From a virus, in IMG/VR virus record IMGVR_UViG_3300012231_000004, positions 1-49,234 of that record: a DNA stretch of 49,234 nt; one strand, written 5' to 3'. The stretch's first letter is position 1. Each line of letters starts with the position of its first letter. The notes beneath the pieces were generated by a model. The model was not told the origin of the DNA. It saw nothing but the letters and a program-made list of their open reading frames with translations, and made no database searches. Of this stretch, positions 43,388-49,234 are shown one piece after another. Both the position numbers and the translations under genes were made by a program.

Positions 43388-43427
43388 GGGTCGGTGGACT
43401 AACAATCCATCGGCCCTTTTCCTTTTT
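43388..43427 (+). terminator. Rho-independent terminator
   Basis: GGGTCGGTGGA ctaacaa TCCATCGGCCC forms an 11-bp stem (two G-U pairs), followed by TTTTCCTTTTT. Confidence 0.8.
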
Positions 43428-43575
43428 CTACTCTAAACTTTTAATCTTTATCTATTGCTCTCTACACGCTTACGCCATAGTCCATAGTATCCTTATACTG
43501 GGTTGCTATAAAAACGCCTGAAACCTTACCAGAGGCGTGTATAGGGGCATTCTAGGGGCAAAGTGTAGCCTATGG

Positions 43576-43614
43576 GTGACACACTTGACAGAGTATACAC
43601 GCTTATGATACAAT
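43576..43614 (+). promoter_or_regulatory. Sigma70-type promoter (TTGACA-18-TACAAT, TGa extended -10) abutted by GGTGACAC
   Basis: GTGACAC at 43576-82, TTGACA at 43585-90, TGaTACAAT at 43606-14. Confidence 0.55.
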
Positions 43615-43629
43615 ATAAATAGGTAATCT

Positions 43630-43980
43630 ATGGCTTCCAATAAAATAACTAAAGTGATTTATGGAAGCCACTCCTTTATCAACCTGCCAAATCAAACCAT
43701 TGTTTTACACAGTAAGGATTTAAGAAATGAAAAAAATAAAGTGGCCTGTAAAAAAGGAAGCAACTTTTTGCCTGCAATGTCTAAAAGAAATAGACAAATC
43801 GAAAAGGAAAGGCTCAAAGTATTGCGGTCCAATATGCAGGTGGAGAAGTGCAAATCAAAAGAGACACTCATTTGCGATTCCAAAAACCCTGTTAGAATAG
43901 AAACTACACAATCAAAACTTGATAAGTATCATAAATTATATGATGACTTTATTAGTTCAATACCTAAACACAATAGTTAG
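43630..43980 (+). CDS. Hypothetical 116-aa ORF (doubtful; see the alternative frame at 43727..43900)
   Basis: Longest ORF in this stretch, but it has a poor RBS and a low-information K/N/S-rich sequence. Confidence 0.3.
   Translation: MASNKITKVIYGSHSFINLPNQTIVLHSKDLRNEKNKVACKKGSNFLPAMSKRNRQIEKERLKVLRSNMQVEKCKSKETLICDSKNPVRIETTQSKLDKYHKLYDDFISSIPKHNS
43727..43900 (+). CDS. Small zinc-ribbon protein (57 aa) in the +1 frame relative to the 116-aa ORF
   Basis: AAGGA RBS 9 nt upstream. MKKIKWPVKKEATFCLQCLKEIDKSKRKGSKYCGPICRWRSANQKRHSFAIPKTLLE carries a CxxC-x14-CxxxC pattern. Confidence 0.45.
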   Translation: MKKIKWPVKKEATFCLQCLKEIDKSKRKGSKYCGPICRWRSANQKRHSFAIPKTLLE

Positions 43981-44010
43981 TATACTCTCTAATTGGTGAA
44001 GCAAAGCCAC

Positions 44011-44040
44011 TTGACAAGCCTACCCTAAATGTGCTATACT
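44011..44040 (+). promoter_or_regulatory. Sigma70-type promoter (TTGACA-18-TATACT with TGc)
   Basis: TTGACA at 44011-16 and TGcTATACT at 44032-40. Confidence 0.55.
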
Positions 44041-44103
44041 ATAGTGTGCTCCGTCCAACTGTAGATATATCACTTTAGTGATTATGAAAGTCAGAGGATA
44101 AAG

Positions 44104-44295
44104 ATGAACACTGTTTGGGACGTTGTAAGCGGTGAGCATACTATTATTCGACTCTATGCTTTTGGTTATGAGTCCATAGAAGATACAAAGGAAGCTGTAA
44201 CCAATAAGGCAAATAAACCAACCAAAGGGGTATTAGTAGTTCCTATTACTCTAGTTAAAGTAGAAGATACTATATGGCCGAACAACGTATCCTAG
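44104..44295 (+). CDS. Small hypothetical protein
   Basis: 63-aa ORF with a GAGGA RBS. Confidence 0.5.
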   Translation: MNTVWDVVSGEHTIIRLYAFGYESIEDTKEAVTNKANKPTKGVLVVPITLVKVEDTIWPNNVS

Positions 44296-45158
44296 CACTT
44301 GATTCACAAATCCTAGATGCAATTCAAAAGTGTCCGTTCTATACTTACTTAAACTTTGTAAAGAACTGGCGACCAAATGAGGTAGGAACACCATTAAAGC
44401 GTGGCGATTTAGGTCACACTCTACTGGAAACTTATTACAAATTACTCCAGAAAGGTTTTGACTGGAATGATGCTGTTGAGCAGGCAACTATTGTAGGTAG
44501 AGAACACTACTTAACTTTAGATATTGACCTAGCTCTGGCTGAATGGACAATCAAAACATTCCATCAATACTCTGAGTTCTATAAGTATGATGGGATAGAG
44601 ATTCTGGGAGTCGAGGAATCATTTTCCTTTGTCATTCATGAGGATGAAGAACTAATCATTCTATATGAAGGCAAGATAGATTTGGACGCTAAGTTTCCAG
44701 TAATAGGTCCATCAATCTATGACCACAAGTTCCGTGCGATGAAAGCGGATTACATTGGATTAGATAACCAGTTAATCGGATACTCTGTTGCTAAGAAACT
44801 CAACATGGTATTCATTAACGAAATAGGAATGCAAAAGTCTTACGAACCAGAAAAGAAGTTTAGACGAGTAGCAGTTCCTATTGGTGATGGTGTTAAAGAA
44901 AGATGGTTAAAGAACACAATCATCTGGGCAAAGATTCTGGATTACAGTATACAACAGAACATTTGGCCTCAATCACATTTGAAGACTCCACCCGCGGGGG
45001 TTACTCAATGTGTAAAGTGTCAATACAATCGTATCTGTAATTCGGAAAACGATGAGGAAATGGCAAGGAAGATAGAAGACCATTTCCATATCGGAAAGCG
45101 ATGGGACGTTGGTAACAAAATAGAGATAGAAAGTGAAGTAGCAACTAATGGCGAATAA
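44274..45158 (+). CDS. PD-(D/E)xK exonuclease, Cas4/RecB-like, with a four-Cys cluster
   Basis: N-terminal CPFYTY. GKIDLD ... IYDHKF is the D...DxK motif. DNQLIGY is the QxxxY motif. The C-terminal CVKCQYNRIC is CxxCx5C. Confidence 0.75.
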   Translation: MAEQRILALDSQILDAIQKCPFYTYLNFVKNWRPNEVGTPLKRGDLGHTLLETYYKLLQKGFDWNDAVEQATIVGREHYLTLDIDLALAEWTIKTFHQYSEFYKYDGIEILGVEESFSFVIHEDEELIILYEGKIDLDAKFPVIGPSIYDHKFRAMKADYIGLDNQLIGYSVAKKLNMVFINEIGMQKSYEPEKKFRRVAVPIGDGVKERWLKNTIIWAKILDYSIQQNIWPQSHLKTPPAGVTQCVKCQYNRICNSENDEEMARKIEDHFHIGKRWDVGNKIEIESEVATNGE

Positions 45159-45483
45159 ACACATACACAAGTATCGGCTAAAGGATTTAGCTAGAAAGAA
45201 AGATGTTCCTCCATATCTTGTTTATATCTGTATTAAACAGGATTGCACTCATCACGTTAGAGTAGAGTTAGTAGAAGGTAAGCTATCTGAATGTAATCGT
45301 TGCGATAGTCCCTTTGTCATGAGGTTAGTAAAGCTAAAGCATGGTGAAAGGATTGTTGTAAGACCTCATTGTGATGATTGCACTAAAACGCCGGCCCGCT
45401 TTAAGAAAGAGAAACAGAAGAAAGAAGTAGTTTCCAGCTCTATTGACGAACTATTGAATAGTGTATTGCCAAAGGGGATGTAG
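45148..45483 (+). CDS. Zinc-finger hypothetical protein
   Basis: CIKQDCTHH ... CNRCDSPF ... HCDDC. 111 aa. Confidence 0.5.
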   Translation: MANKHIHKYRLKDLARKKDVPPYLVYICIKQDCTHHVRVELVEGKLSECNRCDSPFVMRLVKLKHGERIVVRPHCDDCTKTPARFKKEKQKKEVVSSSIDELLNSVLPKGM

Positions 45484-45678
45484 GTGAGGAATATCCTTAC
45501 TATAAAAGAAGCAGAAGAAATCTGGAACCTTTGTAGAGAGATTGATACTATACTCAATGCACCAATGATTGATTCTTCTAGAAAGGAAAGAATTAGATAC
45601 GCAACTAATCTGATTAGGAACAGGCTTCAGCCTATTATTGGCACTACTAATCCTGTAGATAGAAGGGATAATCTATGA
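45484..45678 (+). CDS. Small hypothetical protein (GTG start)
   Basis: 64-aa ORF with a GTG directly after the upstream TAG. Confidence 0.4.
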   Translation: MRNILTIKEAEEIWNLCREIDTILNAPMIDSSRKERIRYATNLIRNRLQPIIGTTNPVDRRDNL

Positions 45679-46127
45679 TTAACATAGGAATAGTAGGTTC
45701 GGAAGCGGCTAAGTTTACATCGGAAACAGAGAAGATAGCAAGAGACTCTATCAAGACTCTAATAGATAGACACGATAGAGTAGTGTCAGGCGGTTGTCAT
45801 TTAGGTGGTATTGATATATGGGCTAGAGAAGAAGCTACGAAACAAGGTATTCCCTTTATCGAGTTCCTTCCTAAGACTAGAAACTGGGAAGGATATAAGA
45901 AAAGAAATATCCAGATAGCTGAGACTTCAAACGTAGTAGTCTGTATAACAGTAAAAGAATTACCACCCGGCTATAGAGTTAGAGGATTTGAGAAGTATTG
46001 CTATCACTGTAAGACAGACGAGCATATTAAATCAGGTGGTTGTTGGACAGTTAAATACGCAAAGGGATTAGGCAAGAACGCTTTTGTTGCTGTCATTGAA
46101 GATGGAAGGATAGTATTAGCTGTATGA
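45675..46127 (+). CDS. SLOG/DUF2493-like Rossmann protein with an inserted Cys cluster
   Basis: VVSGGCHLGGIDIWAREEATKQGIPFIEFLP ... KKRNIQIAETSNVVVCI ... YCYHCK...GGCW ... AKGLGKNAFVAV. Confidence 0.45.
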   Translation: MINIGIVGSEAAKFTSETEKIARDSIKTLIDRHDRVVSGGCHLGGIDIWAREEATKQGIPFIEFLPKTRNWEGYKKRNIQIAETSNVVVCITVKELPPGYRVRGFEKYCYHCKTDEHIKSGGCWTVKYAKGLGKNAFVAVIEDGRIVLAV

Positions 46128-46321
46128 TTGTATTAGTAGATAGATACAACTCAGAAGGTGAACGTATCAAGATAGATAGACTTGTCGTTGATACAGTTCA
46201 GATAAAGGAAAAGGTAATTATACTTGAAGGTGGAGAATTACCTACAACACAATATATAAGAGTAGCACCAGGTGAACCAATAGATATTCTTATATCAGAG
46301 GATGAATATGCCAAATCTTAA
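46124..46321 (+). CDS. Small hypothetical protein
   Basis: 65-aa ORF with overlapping junctions. Confidence 0.45.
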   Translation: MIVLVDRYNSEGERIKIDRLVVDTVQIKEKVIILEGGELPTTQYIRVAPGEPIDILISEDEYAKS

Positions 46322-47099
46322 TAACGTGTCATATGAAAAGTTTTTTCGAGGACTTTTTGTTGGAGCAACAGGTAGAGGTAAGACTATTGCTGCCTCATCT
46401 TGGCCCGGTAAGACTATTGTTTTTGACTTCGATGAAAGACATAAACCAATCATCGAATGGTATCCAGATAGAGTTAAAGATGGAGACTATGTTGTTGAAA
46501 GCATCCACCCAAAAAACTTCTGGTCCCATTTCAAACCACAAGTCAATGCTCTAGTATCATACAATCCATATAACAATGTTATTGTAGATGGTATTACTTC
46601 CCTTTCCACTACAGTTGTAGTAATGCAAATGTTAGTAAAGGGAAGCTGGGCAGATTGGTCTTCTCTAAAAGGTTCTGACGAATCTAAAGGTGCAAAGGTT
46701 ACAACAGGTGGAGTAATGGTTCCTTCATGGGATGAGTTCAATGGAGAAGCAATGATTATCTCCACTCTCCTAGAGACATTGAAGTCTTTGAAGTGTAATC
46801 TCTTTGTTACTGCCCACCCGGTTAGCAGAACTGCAATAGATAAAAAGAAGTCTACCAAGTATACTTCCATTACAACCTTTGGTCCTAAGATTGAATCCAT
46901 TATCCCTACTTACTTTGACGAAGTTTGGTTCTTCGATTATAAAGTAGATACGGATAGTATGGGTAAAGAAGTAATCCGTCGCACAGTCTATACTAATCCA
47001 TGCGAAGATTACTTAGAGGCTAAGACAGCTTTAAAAATTCCAAGCCAGATAGATTACACGAACAAGAACCTTTATGATTTAGTAAAGGAGTATCTATAA
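46302..47099 (+). CDS. Sak4-like / AAA_24-type RecA-fold ATPase (recombination)
   Basis: Walker A FVGATGRGKT, Walker B NNVIVDGITSL. 265 aa, next to the nuclease and the SSB-like gene. Confidence 0.6.
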   Translation: MNMPNLNNVSYEKFFRGLFVGATGRGKTIAASSWPGKTIVFDFDERHKPIIEWYPDRVKDGDYVVESIHPKNFWSHFKPQVNALVSYNPYNNVIVDGITSLSTTVVVMQMLVKGSWADWSSLKGSDESKGAKVTTGGVMVPSWDEFNGEAMIISTLLETLKSLKCNLFVTAHPVSRTAIDKKKSTKYTSITTFGPKIESIIPTYFDEVWFFDYKVDTDSMGKEVIRRTVYTNPCEDYLEAKTALKIPSQIDYTNKNLYDLVKEYL

Positions 47100-47227
47100 T
47101 GGACTTCATTGAATACATTGAGTTCATTGCAAATAAGTTAAAGACTGCTGATAAAGCGGAGTATCTCAGGTTGACTATACTCCTTAGAGATACATGCAAT
47201 GATACCATTATTAAAATTCAGAAATAA
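47099..47227 (+). CDS. Small hypothetical protein (42 aa)
   Basis: TAATG junction and an AAGGAG RBS. MDFIEYIEFIANKLKTADKAEYLRLTILLRDTCNDTIIKIQK. Confidence 0.45.
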   Translation: MDFIEYIEFIANKLKTADKAEYLRLTILLRDTCNDTIIKIQK

Positions 47228-47238
47228 AAGATTATCTC

Positions 47239-47268
47239 TAGTCACTCAATTCCGAGGACAGGGATAAT
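47239..47268 (+). promoter_or_regulatory. Candidate promoter (TAGTCA-18-GATAAT)
   Basis: TAGTCA at 47239-44 and GATAAT at 47263-68. GAGGACAGG lies within the spacer. Confidence 0.35.
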
Positions 47269-47309
47269 AAAGTGAAGACCCTCACTTAACAACAAAAGAG
47301 GTAAAGCAA

Positions 47310-47717
47310 ATGGCAGACGACAGCATTGTTTGGGGAATCACAGCAGACGACATTAGCAAGAATAGACTTGTTGATGCTCCGTCTTGGCTACCGACAGAGA
47401 TTGTTGATTTTGCAGTAGAGGATTCCAAAGCGGGAGACTCTAAGAATCTGCATATCACAATGCGTGTTTTTGCTGGAGACTTAAAGGGGCTTGAGAATCC
47501 CTTTATCTATTTCAGTGAGAAGATGCCGGTAATGGCAGCGCCACTTCTCGTAGCCTGTGGCTTTCCTCAGAATCCCGATAAATCCTTTTCGGTTAAGTTG
47601 TCGAAGGGGACAATGATTGGGAAGAAGTTTCTTGCTCATTGGGTGCGGGGAACTTACAACAACAAGCCGGTTAATCAGATTGATGATTATTCCGCCTTGC
47701 CAACAGTAGCGGAGTAG
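47310..47717 (+). CDS. Possible single-stranded DNA-binding protein (OB-fold-like), in its own expression unit
   Basis: 135 aa. It has GC-richer codons, its own candidate promoter and a terminator, and it is adjacent to the Sak4-like ATPase. No diagnostic motif was found. Confidence 0.3.
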   Translation: MADDSIVWGITADDISKNRLVDAPSWLPTEIVDFAVEDSKAGDSKNLHITMRVFAGDLKGLENPFIYFSEKMPVMAAPLLVACGFPQNPDKSFSVKLSKGTMIGKKFLAHWVRGTYNNKPVNQIDDYSALPTVAE

Positions 47718-47805
47718 TCAGAGAGTTCCCTTTCTGAATCGGTTTAGTGTTGCAGCTGGGGAGCCAGCATTAGACTAAATAGGATTAGGGACAACTGGTT
47801 CTTTT

Positions 47806-47841
47806 CTGTTCTCCAGGATAATAAAAGAACAGTTCGTTTTT
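47806..47841 (+). terminator. Rho-independent terminator
   Basis: CTGTTCT ccaggataataaa AGAACAG followed by TTCGTTTTT. Confidence 0.6.
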
Positions 47842-47849
47842 GAGGTAAT

Positions 47850-48299
47850 ATGGATAATCAAATATCATACGGTCATTTAGCACCAAAGTTAAAGTATGTT
47901 CTTGTATATTACTCTGACGGTTACACAGTTCTGAATAAAAGGTTTAGTGATTTGAACTATGCTAATCCTTTTGTTGAGAAGCTAATGACCAATCCAGACT
48001 TTCATTTAGTTGAAGTGCGGGTAGTAACAGAGAAGAAAGTAATCGCTCCCTTCAGTGGTGCAATTCCTTTAAGGACAGAAAAAGTGGACAAAACAAAAGT
48101 AGAAGAAGCATTTACCTATCACGCGCCAAACGAAACTCAAATCAAGCAAATGCAAATGATTAGAGAGAAAGCTAAAGAGCTAGCTTATCTAATCTTTGAA
48201 GAATGTCCAGCCAGTGCAGATAGAACTGCTGCATTGAGAAAGTTGAGAGAGACAGTAACAACCGCGAACTCCTCGATTATCCTTAACGGGATTATCTAG
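47850..48299 (+). CDS. Conserved-looking phage protein of unknown function
   Basis: 149 aa. The C-terminal half reads FTYHAPNETQIKQMQMIREKAKELAYLIFEECPASADRTAALRKLRETVTTANSSIILNG, a pattern I recall from many phage genomes but cannot name with confidence. Confidence 0.55.
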   Translation: MDNQISYGHLAPKLKYVLVYYSDGYTVLNKRFSDLNYANPFVEKLMTNPDFHLVEVRVVTEKKVIAPFSGAIPLRTEKVDKTKVEEAFTYHAPNETQIKQMQMIREKAKELAYLIFEECPASADRTAALRKLRETVTTANSSIILNGII

Positions 48300-48300
48300 T

Positions 48301-48660
48301 GTGCGGTATCTAGGACCATACATAAGATTCCCTGACCAGAGAAAGTTTATGGTTATTGTTAAGGATGATGGTAGTAAGAGCACCATTACCTATGCAAGAT
48401 ACCTAATGCTTTCTAAAGTTAAGAGTCATGAAGTAGTAGACCACAAAGATGAGGACAAAACTAATGATAAAATGTCCAATCTACAGGTCTTAACTAGAGC
48501 AGAAAATACTGCAAAAACTACAAAGCATCTAGCTAAAGGTAGAAGAACAGAGACTAGATATTGTGGTTATTGTGGTAAAGAAATACAGCGGGAGATAAGA
48601 ACCAGAAAGACTGGTTTGGTTTTCTGTTCTAAACAGTGCAATGGGAAAGTAAACCACTGA
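48301..48660 (+). CDS. HNH homing endonuclease with a C-terminal zinc ribbon
   Basis: VVDHKDEDKTNDKMSNLQVLTRAENTAK is the H-N-N motif, followed by YCGYCGKE...FCSKQC. GTG start. Confidence 0.65.
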   Translation: MRYLGPYIRFPDQRKFMVIVKDDGSKSTITYARYLMLSKVKSHEVVDHKDEDKTNDKMSNLQVLTRAENTAKTTKHLAKGRRTETRYCGYCGKEIQREIRTRKTGLVFCSKQCNGKVNH

Positions 48661-48661
48661 T

Positions 48662-48738
48662 GCCCCAGTATTCCAACTGGTAGAGAAAGTGGACTTAAAA
48701 TCCATACAGTGTCAGTTCGAATCTGACCTGGGGCACCA
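48662..48738 (+). tRNA. tRNA, anticodon UAA (Leu codons UUA/UUG) but class-I architecture with a 5-nt variable loop; CCA encoded
   Basis: Acceptor GCCCCAG/CTGGGGC (7 bp). T-arm GTCAG-TTCGAAT-CTGAC. Anticodon stem GTGGA/TCCAT with loop CT-TAA-AA. Discriminator A followed by CCA. The D-stem is weak. Confidence 0.8.
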
Positions 48739-48752
48739 TTAAGGAAAAGACA

Positions 48753-48944
48753 ATGCCGTTACTAACAATCATAATCGTTCTACTCGTAGTAGGCGCGTTA
48801 GTTATGTTAGTAAATAAATATGGTCCTCCCTATATAGACTCCAAGTTCATAGTATTCATTAACATCATAGCGGTTGTAGCCACAATCATTTGGTTAATGA
48901 AAGTCTTCGGCGTATGGGAATACCTCAGCAAACTGACGGTCTAG
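48753..48944 (+). CDS. Small two-TM membrane protein (holin-like)
   Basis: 63 aa with two hydrophobic spans, LLTIIIVLLVVGALVMLV and FIVFINIIAVVATIIWLM. Confidence 0.5.
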   Translation: MPLLTIIIVLLVVGALVMLVNKYGPPYIDSKFIVFINIIAVVATIIWLMKVFGVWEYLSKLTV

Positions 48945-49219
48945 AATATCTAATCAATAGTCTAAAAGAGCAGAGACATTGGATAACTGAAGTCTCTAAT
49001 CTCTCTCAGCTAATATTAAGATTAGACAATCTAGGGAAAACTGCGTCTATACGTGACTTAGCTAATCTTATTAGTAGGTCAAAGTCCTGGGTTGGGGTTA
49101 GCATGTTACTAATTCGAGGTCTTAAAGTCTATCCAGAAATAGAAAAGTGCGGGAGTAGAAACGAAGCATACGCTTACCTAAAGAAAAAACAAAAACTAAG
49201 GCGGTTCCTAGAATCATGA
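48914..49219 (+). CDS. HTH DNA-binding protein (ParB/KorB-like HTH), spanning the artificial genome junction
   Basis: KTASIRDLANLISRSKSWVGVSMLL is HTH-like. ATG at 48914 (track start 48890). The stop forms an ATGA overlap with the next gene, which is the gene at 105. Confidence 0.45.
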   Translation: MGIPQQTDGLEYLINSLKEQRHWITEVSNLSQLILRLDNLGKTASIRDLANLISRSKSWVGVSMLLIRGLKVYPEIEKCGSRNEAYAYLKKKQKLRRFLES

Positions 49220-49234
49220 ACAAAATCTCTGTCA
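49112..49234. repeat. Right copy of the exact 123-bp terminal duplication
   Basis: Identical to bases 1-123. Confidence 0.95.

Noticed and set aside
42765-43527. 12-bp direct repeat GCCTGAAACCTT (42765-76 and 43516-27) flanking the 185-aa gene, considered as att-like or target-duplication ends.
   Set aside because: A 12-mer repeated within 1 kb is expected a few times by chance in a 49-kb genome, and the flanks do not extend the match.
47255-47263. GAGGACA as a stand-alone promoter element (also at 35669 and 42660).
   Set aside because: The heptamer also occurs inside coding sequence (34978 and 48451). Only the longer composite architecture is reported.
48694-48700. Reading the tRNA as an ochre suppressor (anticodon UUA).
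   Set aside because: Shifting the loop by one nucleotide destroys the anticodon stem. No ORF in the window needs stop-codon read-through.

Overview
The window is one complete genome unit (49,111 bp plus an exact 123-bp end overlap) of an AT-rich tailed dsDNA phage. GC looks like roughly 40% by eye and was not computed. No rRNA, CRISPR array, integrase or transposase was seen. The genome has two arms that diverge from a ~2.4-kb gene-poor hub at ~33.8-36.15 kb and converge at 6065-6068, where the two terminal stop codons overlap. The leftward arm (33794 down to 6065) is the late/virion arm. In order it carries a GIY-YIG endonuclease, an HTH protein, a lipoprotein, TerL, portal, scaffold, major capsid protein, tail and tail-fibre genes, then three large internal/ejection-type proteins of 465, 789 and 1862 aa. 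This is a T7-like podovirus gene order, but with no phage RNA polymerase. The rightward arm (34366 through the window end and on to 6068) is the early/replication arm. It carries many small ORFs, an SNF2 helicase, a Cas4-like nuclease, a Sak4-like ATPase, an SSB-like protein, one tRNA, and two SLOG/DUF2493-like proteins. It also carries a DUF1599-like protein, a family-A DNA polymerase fused to a UDG-like domain, a DUF3987-like P-loop protein and a cold-shock-like protein. Five free-standing homing-endonuclease-like genes are present (three HNH, one LAGLIDADG, one GIY-YIG). The most unusual structure is in the hub. A 32-bp inverted repeat brackets a GC-rich early cassette that encodes a protein with a poly-acidic tail. 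Two inverted arrays of 11-bp iterons flank an AT-rich core, which looks like an origin. A ~50-nt promoter architecture is reused 7 kb away. All functional calls come from motifs read in the translations. No database search was possible, so family names are recognitions, not hits.
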